A DNA stretch of 64,000 nt, taken from a virus. Below are positions 1 to 9,618 of this stretch, piece by piece. The position numbers and the translations under genes are program-made. The notes beneath the pieces were generated by a model. The model had not been told where the DNA came from. It searched no databases and worked only from the letters and a program-made list of their open reading frames with translations. The stretch is taken from IMG/VR virus record IMGVR_UViG_3300049460_000196, positions 32,001 through 96,000 of that record; one strand, written 5' to 3'. How positions within the stretch are numbered: position 1 is the first letter of the stretch; each line of letters starts with the position of its first letter.

Positions 1-1094
1 TCCAGCTTACGCGAGTTCAGCTTGTCGCCCATGCCGGACATCAGGTCGTCAAAGACGTCGCCTTCGATGATCTTACGGGTGGCGCGGTTCACATAGATCA
101 GGTTGTTCACCGTGATATCGTTCACGTTAGCGTAACGACGACGCAGTGCCGAGGTCAGGCCCAGTTCTTCCAGCTTTGCCTTGGCGTTGGCGATCATGGA
201 TTTGGTCACAAGCGCGGTCGGGCGCTTGTACTTGCTGCCGTGGACTTTGTCTTCGAACTTGGCGACGGCCACTTCCAGGTCGACGCCGTCGGTCAGGTCT
301 TCAACCAGCGTACCGATCACGTCGTTGCGGAATTTGGCCAGCGCACCGTGCAAACCCTTGGTTTTCTGCCAGGCGAACAGGCGTTTGCCATCGGCGTCCA
401 GCTTCAGGTATTCTTTTTGCAGCTTCGCGAACTGGTCGAGCAGCGGTTTCTTTTCGGCGCCCTTGTACAGGGAGTTGCTATTGACCAGATCTTGCACGGC
501 CGAAACAGCGTCAGGCGCCAGCTCTGCCAGGCCGCGAGCAAACACGTCGCGGTGAGCGCGCAGATCACCCAGACGGCTTTCACGGCTTGGGGTGCTGTTC
601 TTCGGCACGTGGTAGGCCGCAGGAATGTTCACGAAGAAGTGTTCCCACGTTTTCACGCCGTCGGTCAGTTGTTCGAAGTTCTTGTCGGTGCCGGCGGTGC
701 GCTCTTCGTGCAGGAAGTAATCCGCAATTGCGCGTGGCTCGATGGCGCCGGTCAGTTCGCCTGCTTCGTTTTTCACAGCGGCGTTTTTGATCAGTTTGGA
801 CATCGCATCCACGACTGCCTGGTATTCAGGCTCGTTCTTGACCACGATGTCCCACAGGCTCACGACCTTGTTGTCGATGATCGCTACCACATCGCCGACG
901 GCGCGGATGAACTGCTTGCAGCACGAACAGTCGTGCGAGGTACGTTCGCGGTAATGCGGATTGGAACCGGTTGGGAAGCTGTTCAGGTAAGTGTCCCACA
1001 GCTCGTCTTTCTCGACGGCTACGCGGAACATCTCATATTTTTGCATGGCCGCAAATTGCGTTGCCACGGCTGTTTTTAATGCGTGAAAGTGCAT
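1..1094 (-). CDS. Conserved phage hypothetical protein (runs off left edge)
   Basis: Manual translation from ATG at 1094: MHFHALKTAVATQFAAMQKYEMFRVAVEKDELWDTYLNSFPTGSNPHYRERTSHDCSCCKQFI; SD-like GAAGGAG upstream; absent from the ORF track because it has no stop in the window. Confidence 0.85.
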   Translation of the reverse strand, partial: MHFHALKTAVATQFAAMQKYEMFRVAVEKDELWDTYLNSFPTGSNPHYRERTSHDCSCCKQFIRAVGDVVAIIDNKVVSLWDIVVKNEPEYQAVVDAMSKLIKNAAVKNEAGELTGAIEPRAIADYFLHEERTAGTDKNFEQLTDGVKTWEHFFVNIPAAYHVPKNSTPSRESRLGDLRAHRDVFARGLAELAPDAVSAVQDLVNSNSLYKGAEKKPLLDQFAKLQKEYLKLDADGKRLFAWQKTKGLHGALAKFRNDVIGTLVEDLTDGVDLEVAVAKFEDKVHGSKYKRPTALVTKSMIANAKAKLEELGLTSALRRRYANVNDITVNNLIYVNRATRKIIEGDVFDDLMSGMGDKLNSRKL

Positions 1095-1186
1095 TCCCGT
1101 TTCTCCTTCGTTTTAAAGTAACGCAATTATACACAAAATTTCATTAGTGTGGCACAATTTTTCAAATATTTTTGCCATGTGGTATT

Positions 1187-1534
1187 TCATAGCACATAGA
1201 CGCGCTTGCCATGAAAACTTACCCACTGCACGTCATGCACTGGAGCAAGAGTTCGCCTGTTAACAAATGAATCGTACTTATATGGATCATACGTGATTTG
1301 CTCTTTGAACACCAGAAGGGGCGTGGTATCAACTATGGTCCCCACTATACCAGCATGAACATTCTTTCGACGTTCAGCCAACACTCGTTTGCGACCGGCC
1401 ATCGATACCTTGCAAGTACAGTCGGTCAAGGTCAACATGTTGGTATGGCGAATGACTTTACCTTTCATCTCGCCTTCTAGTGCTTTGACGGACCAGACCT
1501 TCTTGTGAAGGTTGTAATAGACGAATACTTTCAC
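1187..1534 (-). CDS. Phage hypothetical protein
   Basis: 115 aa ORF overlapping the stop of the upstream gene. Confidence 0.75.
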   Translation of the reverse strand: MKVFVYYNLHKKVWSVKALEGEMKGKVIRHTNMLTLTDCTCKVSMAGRKRVLAERRKNVHAGIVGTIVDTTPLLVFKEQITYDPYKYDSFVNRRTLAPVHDVQWVSFHGKRVYVL

Positions 1535-2043
1535 ACGCGGTTTTGCCAGCTGCGCATCAACTCATACACGAGAAGTTGTGTGGACGTCGTGACTTCACGT
1601 GATTTGGTAAGGTCTTGTTCAACCAACATTTCCAAGCTTACGTATTCTGGTGGACGAGTGTTACGCAGTTCGGCATCGAACCATTGCATCATGAATTCGT
1701 TAACGGCTTCTTTGAGAATGAATGGGCGCTCAGCCGCTCGTTTGCGTTGTTCAATCCGCCATTCATTTTGTCGTTCCAAAACTTCACCCAATGGCGTATC
1801 TGGATATTTGCGCCATGGTGCAGGAACCTGACCCTTTACTTGATTGTCAAGTTCAGCCAATTGATCCTCGTTGCTGGGATCAGGCAGTTTGTGCAGGAGA
1901 TTGTCTTGACGATGGCGGTTGCGACGATGCGCTTTTGCCTTGCGCAAAGGGATGCCAGTACGTGATGACTTGTTGTTTTCGCCGTATGTGTTACGACGAT
2001 CTTTCTTGAGACTGAGACGTTTCTTTTCTTGTGGTGTTTTCAT
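1531..2043 (-). CDS. Basic hypothetical protein
   Basis: 170 aa, Lys/Arg-rich N-terminus (KKRLSLKKDRRNTYGENNKSSR), SD upstream, directly after tRNA-Leu. Confidence 0.75.
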   Translation of the reverse strand: MKTPQEKKRLSLKKDRRNTYGENNKSSRTGIPLRKAKAHRRNRHRQDNLLHKLPDPSNEDQLAELDNQVKGQVPAPWRKYPDTPLGEVLERQNEWRIEQRKRAAERPFILKEAVNEFMMQWFDAELRNTRPPEYVSLEMLVEQDLTKSREVTTSTQLLVYELMRSWQNRV

Positions 2044-2056
2044 ACGTCACCTATCG

Positions 2057-2144
2057 TGGTCCGGGAAGCGGGATTCGAACCCGCAATCCTCTAAGGGCGG
2101 GAGATTTTAAGTCTCCAGTGTATAGCCATTTCCACCATTCCCGG
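2057..2144 (-). tRNA. tRNA-Leu(TAA)
   Basis: Cloverleaf; GGAGA-CT TAA AA-TCTCC; long variable arm; CCA encoded. Confidence 0.92.
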
Positions 2145-2146
2145 AT

Positions 2147-2374
2147 TTACCATTTACCTACTGGACATTTTTCATTCTTAAGCCAAGTTTTGGCATGAAC
2201 AAAACAACCACATTTCATACATGATGCAGTTGGCTTAAACAGCTCGGGACACGCACGACAAATATCCATACGTGCTTCTCGATCTGGAGCATCTAACTTC
2301 AGCTCGATGATTTTTTGTTCAGCGACATCTTTGACTTCTTCAACGCGCTTTTTCAGTTTGTCGATGAATGACAT
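2147..2374 (-). CDS. Small Cys-rich protein (DUF6171-like)
   Basis: CRAC...CMKCGC...CPVGKW motif. Confidence 0.65.
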   Translation of the reverse strand: MSFIDKLKKRVEEVKDVAEQKIIELKLDAPDREARMDICRACPELFKPTASCMKCGCFVHAKTWLKNEKCPVGKW

Positions 2375-2375
2375 A

Positions 2376-2963
2376 TTACAACCAGTTTACTACATATTGG
2401 ACTGGACCAGTACGCATTGCCATACCAGGCAAGTTCATTACTTGGCAGTGCTTCATTTCCCAGTCTCCAATGCGATCGTAGCCGCCATCAGCACTGTTTT
2501 GGACCAAGCAAGGGAAGGTGACGTCTGTCAGGAAATCATCCCGGTATACAATAGCAGCAGGCTTTCTGACTTCCATGGTAGCTTTGGTGACATGCAGACG
2601 CTGATCGAAGTCATAGAATTCATTAAACTTGATTGTGCGAACTTCACGTGTTTCCCAACCAGCTTCCTGGCTTTCGATCCAGGCCTCGTTTGACTCGAGT
2701 TCATCATCGTCGTCATACTTCACGTAGACGTCTTTCACCACTTGATTCCATGCACTCAAGTCTTCAATCTTACACAGGAAGGCCGTCAGCTCTTCAAGAT
2801 TGTTGGCCACGATATAGTAGCCACCACGAGCTGGTAAAATGGTAGACGGTTCTGAGGCTATCCGTCCAAACTCACTCAACGGAAGTTGTTCGGTATCAGC
2901 TTGCCATTTCTTATAAGCGGCAAGCTCTTGAGCACGATATTCTCCATCAGTCATGTCTACCAT
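2376..2963 (-). CDS. Hypothetical protein
   Basis: 195 aa ORF tiling with neighbours. Confidence 0.7.
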   Translation of the reverse strand: MVDMTDGEYRAQELAAYKKWQADTEQLPLSEFGRIASEPSTILPARGGYYIVANNLEELTAFLCKIEDLSAWNQVVKDVYVKYDDDDELESNEAWIESQEAGWETREVRTIKFNEFYDFDQRLHVTKATMEVRKPAAIVYRDDFLTDVTFPCLVQNSADGGYDRIGDWEMKHCQVMNLPGMAMRTGPVQYVVNWL

Positions 2964-2970
2964 CTTTCAA

Positions 2971-3354
2971 TTAATGCGCGGCTGCTGCCAGGGTTGCTTT
3001 GTAGAAGCTGGCAGTCTCGTGGAAGTGATGCGACCACTGCCATTCGTTCTTGAAGTACGCCTTGAATGCATCGCGATCCAGCACCAGCGAATCCTCAACG
3101 CCATATGACAGCATTTCCAGAATGTCGGAGTATTCAGCGCTGTGATCTTGTGGGGCGGTTATATGAATGGTAACTTCGGCAAAGTTACCAGCGGCGATCT
3201 GGTTACGGATACGGGTGAACTCGCTCAGCAGAACTGCTTCGTAGTCTGCTTTGGCTTCCGCATATGCGGCCAGGTGTTTTGCCTGACCTTCTTTGATTGC
3301 TTCGATGATATCGAGGCGTTTGACCGACAGTTGTTGTTGACGCAGGGTAATCAT
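2971..3354 (-). CDS. Hypothetical protein
   Basis: 127 aa ORF with SD AAGGA. Confidence 0.75.
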   Translation of the reverse strand: MITLRQQQLSVKRLDIIEAIKEGQAKHLAAYAEAKADYEAVLLSEFTRIRNQIAAGNFAEVTIHITAPQDHSAEYSDILEMLSYGVEDSLVLDRDAFKAYFKNEWQWSHHFHETASFYKATLAAAAH

Positions 3355-3363
3355 ATGGTTTCC

Positions 3364-3783
3364 TTACCAGTAGTGTGTAGGCTTAAATGGTATGGTATTT
3401 TTGTGCGCCTTACTAGTTTTCTGCCAGTATGGTTTATCATCTTTTACCGGTCGAATATGAATCTTGAATCCATCAATTCCATGCAGGCACAAAAGGGTAG
3501 CATCGACATCTGAATACAGCCGGAATATGAACGTATACTTGGCTTCATCTCTTTTGAAATTATGCGTCAGATTCAAATCATGAAGATAATATCGGTCAGT
3601 CGGCAATATCCCTTTCATCGCATCAGCTATTGCATGTATGACCTGAGAATCATACATGCGAATATATGGATATGTGGGATGGATATGTGACCGTACATAA
3701 GTGATGATGGCAAGATGCTTATTGGGGCATGAATTCCATTTTTGAGAAATCTTGGCTTTCGTCAGCAGTTCATTGATGTTCAT
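3364..3783 (-). CDS. Hypothetical protein
   Basis: 139 aa ORF tiling in operon. Confidence 0.6.
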   Translation of the reverse strand: MNINELLTKAKISQKWNSCPNKHLAIITYVRSHIHPTYPYIRMYDSQVIHAIADAMKGILPTDRYYLHDLNLTHNFKRDEAKYTFIFRLYSDVDATLLCLHGIDGFKIHIRPVKDDKPYWQKTSKAHKNTIPFKPTHYW

Positions 3784-4153
3784 GGTGCTTTGAGCTAATC
3801 GTTATATCTCCTGGAAGCACAAGTCGTATGAGGACTTCAGCTGCCTCATCTTCGACCTGCATCACCATTATGGATTCGCCCTGCTTGTTGCCCACTGCTT
3901 TCCATTCCATGCCAATTTCAAACCATGCTTCGCCCAACTGTTCAATTGCCAATTGATTTACTTTACGTCGCAGCAGACCAGGAGTACCAGATTTGGTGAA
4001 GGTCAGGAAACGAGTGTGCTCAGTTACGGGTGGTTGGCCCGGCTTTGCCTTCGTGGCGAATGGCATGCCATGCGTTGCAAGAGCATCCTGCATCTCATCA
4101 TCTGTTATTGAATTGATGCGCTCCATAGCATGCTTGAAAAACGCCTGGTTCAT
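3770..4153 (-). CDS. Hypothetical protein
   Basis: 127 aa ORF tiling in operon. Confidence 0.65.
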   Translation of the reverse strand: MNQAFFKHAMERINSITDDEMQDALATHGMPFATKAKPGQPPVTEHTRFLTFTKSGTPGLLRRKVNQLAIEQLGEAWFEIGMEWKAVGNKQGESIMVMQVEDEAAEVLIRLVLPGDITISSKHHEHQ

Positions 4154-4485
4154 TATCCTGGACCAAAGCTGTTGGTATGGCCTGGTGGGAGATGGCCATT
4201 GCTTGATGGTGCGACAATACCGCTTGGCCGCGCCAATTGCATCCGTTCATGTTTCTGATCACGAAGATGCTGATTCAACTCTTGCAATTCAATCAATATT
4301 CGACGGTTGATATCAACCAGGTCTTCCGATATTAATTGCATTTCGCGATCGTGATTTCTCATAGTATTGGGGCAAGTGGTAAGGTGCAGGATTCCCATAC
4401 GCACCAAGCACAGAAGGCAAGGAGGATGGTAGTGATGATGGAGAGTTTGAGTTTAGACATAAGTGTCCGAAAAGTGGTCTTTGAG

Positions 4486-4568
4486 TTGACGCCTACAAAT
4501 GAACCGGATTCGAACCGATGCACACGCCTCTCAGCGTAGCTCTGCCAACTGAGCTTACCAACCGTCAA
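4486..4568 (-). ncRNA. Anticodon-less tRNA mimic
   Basis: D arm GCTC-AGTTGGCA-GAGC and T arm ATCGG-TTCGAAT-CCGGT; anticodon stem ACGCT/GGCGT capped by a GAGA tetraloop; no CCA. Confidence 0.6.
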
Positions 4569-4719
4569 GCATCACATCCGTAATTATTGGCATGGCTTCG
4601 TCTAGAATTCCGCCATGTTTTCACTAGTTCAATTAATGCTGCCCGTCAAGCGTCAACTCAAAAACAACTGGCACCATAATACGCATATGGTGCCAATCTT
4701 TCAAGCTAGTGTTGCCAGC

Positions 4720-5106
4720 TTATTTGGCGAGTTTCTCGAACTCCAGACGTGCGGCCACTTCGGCGTCGTGCAGGTTGGAGCGAGCTTGTTTGACCTGCAT
4801 GGACGCGCCAACGATGGCTTCCATCTGCGCCTGGGTGAGTATAACGAACGGCCAATTCTCCAGCGTATAATCGCCAGCCGCTGTCATTCGAGTTTTTGCA
4901 TGACCTTCGTCGTTGTGCATCAGAGCCGAATGAACTTCTTCGGCGTTTTTGCAAAAGCGAGGGTTGTAGTAATAGAACGACATACCAGCAGGGGCGGTGA
5001 TAGTGGTGGTGCCTTCACCGATTTCGTTGCTGGCTACAGTGAACTGATTATCTTGGAAAATTCGTTGCATGTTGATCTCCTTGTAATGAACATATGGTAC
5101 GTTCAT
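4720..5106 (-). CDS. Hypothetical protein
   Basis: ORF; probable start at MQRIFQ behind SD AAGGAG. Confidence 0.7.
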   Translation of the reverse strand: MNVPYVHYKEINMQRIFQDNQFTVASNEIGEGTTTITAPAGMSFYYYNPRFCKNAEEVHSALMHNDEGHAKTRMTAAGDYTLENWPFVILTQAQMEAIVGASMQVKQARSNLHDAEVAARLEFEKLAK

Positions 5107-5129
5107 TCGCCAAAGAGATCAAGGCAAAG

Positions 5130-5336
5130 TCATTGCGCCTTTACGTCTGTGGCGTCATGGATCGTCGTACTAAGGTCATGAATAGTAGAACAGTTACCAC
5201 ACTTGATAAAAACTGCTGGTTTGAATTCCACGACCTCGTCTGACACGTCATGGCCCTTCGGATCAATCTGGAAGGTGAATTGATTGTTGCAGCCACAGTT
5301 TCCACATATGACGTGTAGTCTAGCGTTAGCCATCAA
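5130..5336 (-). CDS. Small zinc-ribbon protein
   Basis: CGNCGC...CGNC motifs. Confidence 0.7.
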   Translation of the reverse strand: MMANARLHVICGNCGCNNQFTFQIDPKGHDVSDEVVEFKPAVFIKCGNCSTIHDLSTTIHDATDVKAQ

Positions 5337-5781
5337 GTTCTACCATGGGAAAAGAAATGAAGCGACACATGATCGCTGGGCCAAATGCGAAACGACTGGA
5401 ACTAGTGACCACCGCTATCCGTTTGAATGGGGTCGCATTGGCAATCATCATCCCAAGCCGATTCGACAACCAAACAATGATATGATTGGTTTCCACACAA
5501 TCACGAACCGATACCAGCAATGTGTCCTGGCGTGTTTCTTGCGCATGTTCAATGATCAGATCAAACAAGGTATGGAATTCACTTGCCGTGTAATCGCAAT
5601 GCTGAGAAAAATCCAAGCGCACTGCATGATGTACTTTGTCAAGCAACAAATCCCATACCTGATTGGCTACCGTCATGCCATCGCATTGAATGATGGGATT
5701 GAACACGGGCACGTTGGTGCTCGCCACGGCCATGACAAGGTCGTCGATTGTGACTTGGAGTGTGGGATGCCGGATCATCAC
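5326..5781 (-). CDS. Hypothetical protein
   Basis: 151 aa ORF tiling in operon. Confidence 0.55.
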   Translation of the reverse strand: MMIRHPTLQVTIDDLVMAVASTNVPVFNPIIQCDGMTVANQVWDLLLDKVHHAVRLDFSQHCDYTASEFHTLFDLIIEHAQETRQDTLLVSVRDCVETNHIIVWLSNRLGMMIANATPFKRIAVVTSSSRFAFGPAIMCRFISFPMVELDG

Positions 5782-6314
5782 AGATTCATGTGGATCATAC
5801 GGTTGGTCAGCGGGGTTGGCACGCCATCGAAGACGATTTTGTGTTTGGAGATGAACACGAAACTGCCGCCATTTTGCACAATGCGCATCAGGCTAGGCCA
5901 CATCGCATAGTTGACTTTGAACGTCGCATCGTGGATGTCGAGGATCAACGTGTGCTCTGGTTGCATGATGGTCACGACTTCATCCAGCTCGTGCAGGAAC
6001 TCGTCATCCGTTTGGAAGCAGTTCAGGACTGGGTTGGCACGACCCAGTATTTCGCGAGTGAACCAAAGGGCGCCGCAGCCAGGTTTGGTCTGAATGGCCA
6101 CGCCGATGAACTGATTGGGCGACATTTGTTTGAACGCCTGCTCCAGGGTTGTGCGAATTTCCGAGCCCTTGTTCATGTTATCGATATTCTCACGGAAGCG
6201 AGTATTGCGGATGCCATACTGTTGGGAGGGATTCACGTCAAACTCCTGAATTTGTAATACCACAATATTACAAGCAAGTGAACGAAAAATCAACAAGAAG
6301 GTGGCCTGAGCCAC
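5778..6314 (-). CDS. Hypothetical protein (start uncertain)
   Basis: ORF coupled to downstream gene. Confidence 0.5.
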   Translation of the reverse strand: MAQATFLLIFRSLACNIVVLQIQEFDVNPSQQYGIRNTRFRENIDNMNKGSEIRTTLEQAFKQMSPNQFIGVAIQTKPGCGALWFTREILGRANPVLNCFQTDDEFLHELDEVVTIMQPEHTLILDIHDATFKVNYAMWPSLMRIVQNGGSFVFISKHKIVFDGVPTPLTNRMIHMNL

Positions 6315-6321
6315 CTTTTTA

Positions 6322-6741
6322 CTACAGACGGAAGATTTCGTTCAACCAGTCACGTGCTTCCGTGGACTCGTTGATCTTGTATGGGCCATGGATACGAGCG
6401 AAGCAGCCACGGCTATCAACTTTTTTCTGCATGTTGTCCTTGACCCAGTTAACATAGATGCGGTAAAGGTCTTCATCCAGGGCAGTGACGATGCCGATGG
6501 CCATAATGACCACTTTGTCAGAGCCCATGCCGTTCATGCGTTTGATGGCAATGCGGTCGCCTACTTGGATCTTGCTGTAACGATCGATTGATTTTTCATC
6601 CAAGGCACCTTTGATGCCGGGGCGGGATGGTTTGAGGCGGTCATCCATTTCCCAGTAACCACGAGAAATGAACTTTTCGGAGAGATCGAGATTTTGGTCG
6701 TCATTGGAAGACGCACCGACTACGAAGTATTGACGGGCCAT
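6322..6741 (-). CDS. Stand-alone domain resembling McrB-type N-terminal (PUA/EVE-like) modules
   Basis: YFVVGA...GYW...IQVGDRIAIK...IMAIGIV...VNWV pattern. Confidence 0.5.
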   Translation of the reverse strand: MARQYFVVGASSNDDQNLDLSEKFISRGYWEMDDRLKPSRPGIKGALDEKSIDRYSKIQVGDRIAIKRMNGMGSDKVVIMAIGIVTALDEDLYRIYVNWVKDNMQKKVDSRGCFARIHGPYKINESTEARDWLNEIFRL

Positions 6742-6816
6742 AGATGATCCTTTGTGTTACGTTGTGGTAAAAAGCGACCTAACGGTTCGCGACACAATTA
6801 TAACACAAAAGATCTT

Positions 6817-7374
6817 TTATGCTTCGCTCAAATACTTGTATGGGACACAGTCAACCAACCACACGCCGTTAGTTGACAAGTAGAAGGTGTGGCCATTTTC
6901 GACCATGCGATGAGCATCGACCTTATACATGAACAGTTCACCATGCCGTGTGCCGACATTGCTGGCAGTTTCCTGATTGGAACTGAGATGCACATAGTGG
7001 CGAGTTTTTGGAATCAAACCCATCTTGTTGATTTCAGATACGAACTTGGTTGCGGTGCCATGATACAGCGTATCTGGAGGTTCCGCGACATCGAACGTGA
7101 GGTCAACTTGTGGTGTTGAGTGGCCTTGATTGCAGCGAATTTGCAGTGTGTGTTGTTCACCGCGCATCGAGTAACGAGTCTTGGTGTCGCTGGCCACAAT
7201 TTGCAGCAGCTCTTCCATGGTAAGCGGGTGTTTATCCGCTGCCATCTTCGACAGCAGGGTATCAACATAGACCCAGCCCTGGATGTCCAGGATAATGTTG
7301 AGTTTTTCAGGAAAATGACGCAGGACGCCACTCATGTACACACTGAATTTTTCTAGTTCTTTTTGACTACGCAT
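6817..7374 (-). CDS. kptA: RNA 2'-phosphotransferase (Tpt1/KptA)
   Basis: Motifs LRH, DTKTRY, IRCNQGHS, LYHGT, RHYVHLS, NGVWL. Confidence 0.95.
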   Translation of the reverse strand: MRSQKELEKFSVYMSGVLRHFPEKLNIILDIQGWVYVDTLLSKMAADKHPLTMEELLQIVASDTKTRYSMRGEQHTLQIRCNQGHSTPQVDLTFDVAEPPDTLYHGTATKFVSEINKMGLIPKTRHYVHLSSNQETASNVGTRHGELFMYKVDAHRMVENGHTFYLSTNGVWLVDCVPYKYLSEA

Positions 7375-7387
7375 GATATTTCCATTT

Positions 7388-7490
7388 AACAGAATCGTTG
7401 CCCACTAACCATTGGAGCAGTCAGAGCCGGCTTTCACCAAGCCCCGACAGGAGTCGAACCTGCGATATTTTATTTGCTGTAACGATTCTA
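7388..7490 (-). ncRNA. Y-RNA(YrlA)-like permuted tRNA mimic, ACAGCAA family 1
   Basis: Closing stem AGAATCGTT/AACGATTCT, ACAGCAA, then T arm, closed acceptor hairpin, D-like arm. Confidence 0.75.
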
Positions 7491-7495
7491 TGAAT

Positions 7496-7624
7496 AACAG
7501 GATGGTGGTTTTTGCTGCTCTTACGAGCGATGCTGTCCTAACTTAGACTACAGCCCACAGGCCGACGGGATTCGATACCCGCACACACACCTTGAAATAG
7601 CGGTAAATTGCTGTGACCATCCTA
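7496..7624 (-). ncRNA. Y-RNA-like permuted tRNA mimic, ACAGCAA family 2
   Basis: AGGATGGT-C-ACAGCAA...T arm, acceptor hairpin, D arm...ACCATCCTGTT. Confidence 0.72.
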
Positions 7625-7673
7625 CAAACTTTAGACCACATGGTAGCACGTTTTTGCCACCATGCAACCTTTA

Positions 7674-7994
7674 TTACTTCCAGATGTTAACCGTGATTTC
7701 AACTACTGGATCCGTACAGTCACGATATGGCTTCAAGGGCAAATACCAGTCCTCGCAGTCGCCAAAGCTATATTTGCTCGACGTCCGCTGCACGAGTTTA
7801 TCCTCAAGCGCGTCTTTGACCAGATGATCGATGTAGCCATATTCTGATCCATAGGCATCTTCGAATTTCTCTATTCGGCGAGTGCTTACTTCTTGCACAT
7901 GACGACTATACTCTTCTTCGATGCCAGTTTCGTAATCGGTCAGGTATGTTACCTCAGTGAAACGCAGTATTTTGTGAACCATGTTATCAAGCAA
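7674..7994 (-). CDS. Hypothetical protein
   Basis: 106 aa ORF. Confidence 0.65.
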   Translation of the reverse strand: MLDNMVHKILRFTEVTYLTDYETGIEEEYSRHVQEVSTRRIEKFEDAYGSEYGYIDHLVKDALEDKLVQRTSSKYSFGDCEDWYLPLKPYRDCTDPVVEITVNIWK

Positions 7995-8181
7995 TGCTGA
8001 GCAATACCCTGGTTACCGATTGTGCGATTTCGGCAGTGCTCATGCCAACAGTGGTGACGTTTTGTTCGCCAGCATGGGCCAGATGATAGACCGAACGATA
8101 GATCAGGTCACGTTCATCTTCCGTTTTAGCAGCGGACAGGGCGGAGCGGTATTCGTGGATTTGTTTGGCCGAGATAGTCAT
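7987..8181 (-). CDS. Hypothetical protein
   Basis: 64 aa ORF with SD. Confidence 0.6.
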   Translation of the reverse strand: MTISAKQIHEYRSALSAAKTEDERDLIYRSVYHLAHAGEQNVTTVGMSTAEIAQSVTRVLLSIA

Positions 8182-8234
8182 GTTGTTCCTTGTTGTTTTT
8201 ATTCATGAAAAGGGCCCACCGAAGTGAGCCCTTG

Positions 8235-8376
8235 CGGGTTGTTTTGCCTTTAGGCCAGTGCATTAGACCACTCTGCCATCCTTGGGACGAAGCCTGAGGA
8301 GTGGGATTCGAACCCACGAAGTAAGCCTTGGCGAGGCTCCTTGCCGGCTTGTGTATTGTTTGCTGTACACAACCCA
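8235..8376 (-). ncRNA. Y-RNA-like permuted tRNA mimic, ACAGCAA family 3
   Basis: GGGTTGT...ACAGCAA; T arm GTGGG-TTCGAAT-CCCAC precedes Ser-type D arm TGGCAGAGTGGTCTAATGCA; closes with ACAACCC. Confidence 0.78.
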
Positions 8377-8381
8377 AAATT

Positions 8382-8530
8382 AACAGGATCGCGATGGATT
8401 GAACCATCTTTTAGTCGGGCGCGTCTACCGGTTTCGCCACAGACGAAAGATTTCGCTTTCGCCCGGGAGGGCTCGAACCTCCATGCCTTGCGGCACCTGA
8501 TTTCCGTTTAGTGTTGCTGCATCGATCCTA
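8382..8530 (-). ncRNA. Y-RNA-like permuted tRNA mimic, ACAGCAA family 4
   Basis: AGGATCG-AT-GCAGCAA; variable arm and T arm precede Leu-type D arm TGGCGAAACCGGTAGACGC; closes with CGATCCTGTT. Confidence 0.78.
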
Positions 8531-8549
8531 AAACTTGTTACTTGTCTGT

Positions 8550-8578
8550 ATTAGAACACGGCGTTTCTGGAGTGTCAA
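8550..8578 (-). promoter_or_regulatory. Sigma70-like promoter for the Y-like RNAs
   Basis: TTGACA-17 nt-TCTAAT. Confidence 0.65.
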
Positions 8579-8752
8579 CCTGTGCGACAACTGGTTTTTC
8601 ATCTTTGTTATCATCTTTCTTACCAAAGATAGCATCCCAACCAGTACGATACTTGTCGCTTGATGGTTTCGTCACCAGTGCTTCGCCAGTCACATCATTA
8701 TAGTGCATGTCAGTTCCTTAAAACCCATATGATACATGACGATCTCGTGTCG

Positions 8753-9286
8753 TCAATATGTATCAAATACCAGATGTATTCGTGTTTGATCACTGGCATT
8801 TACTGCGGTGTGCATTTCATTTGTCTTAAAACGATACAAACGCCCCACCGTTACCATACGTTCAATCTTATCGGCATTTACGAAAAAGCATCTGGGATTA
8901 GTATCGATGGGAATATGATACCGGAACTCTTCAACATCACGATGCAATGTATAGCAAGTCTTTGGTTGCAAATACATGAAGCGAATACGCCCAATATTCA
9001 CATTGTCAATTACCGCTTGTGCTTTCACGGCATCAATCACAGTTTCCATATAGGTGCCATGGAAGTGTTGATTCAATATCGCGAAGTCATGTGTGAACCG
9101 ATCAAAGACATTCAAGTCGTAGTTAAACAGCGGGCCTACACTTGAGAACCATCCTGAATCAGTTTGGGAATGTGTTACTGATAATTGCTGCCAGGTTTGG
9201 AATTCTGGCAGCAATGTAATATCTGGAATCGTACTTTTGATTCGTTGAGCAGCAAAAGTATTGGGGGTGGCGGTGATTGATTTCAT
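8753..9286 (-). CDS. Asp/Asn beta-hydroxylase-like 2OG-Fe(II) oxygenase
   Basis: GRIRFM...LHRD...RYHIPI.TN...HTAVN...RIHLV. Confidence 0.8.
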   Translation of the reverse strand: MKSITATPNTFAAQRIKSTIPDITLLPEFQTWQQLSVTHSQTDSGWFSSVGPLFNYDLNVFDRFTHDFAILNQHFHGTYMETVIDAVKAQAVIDNVNIGRIRFMYLQPKTCYTLHRDVEEFRYHIPIDTNPRCFFVNADKIERMVTVGRLYRFKTNEMHTAVNASDQTRIHLVFDTY

Positions 9287-9307
9287 ACGGGTATTTACCC
9301 GCTGGTA

Positions 9308-9565
9308 CTATTGCATTACCAGAACCTCGAAACCCAACTGCATCTTGTTCAACTCTGCAATCACATACGTGACGTAATCGAAATTTGGAACATTACGCAT
9401 TTGCGCCACCCGGGCGGCATCATCTGCGAATTTTACCAAACTATTGGCATCGCCGTCACTTACCTCATCAGGTATAGCCACCAAGACAAATTGTGGCGCA
9501 CGGCCCACCATTATGATACGCCGTACTGGCGTAATAGTGGCTTGGGGAATGTCTTTCAATTTCAT
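9308..9565 (-). CDS. Hypothetical protein
   Basis: 85 aa ORF. Confidence 0.6.
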   Translation of the reverse strand: MKLKDIPQATITPVRRIIMVGRAPQFVLVAIPDEVSDGDANSLVKFADDAARVAQMRNVPNFDYVTYVIAELNKMQLGFEVLVMQ

Positions 9566-9618
9566 TTTATCTTTCCGGCATTCAGGAAATCACATATTAC
9601 ATGGCACCAACCCAAAAA

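Noticed and set aside
240-1079. Plus-strand 279 aa ORF
   Set aside because: Antisense shadow of the minus-strand gene starting at 1094
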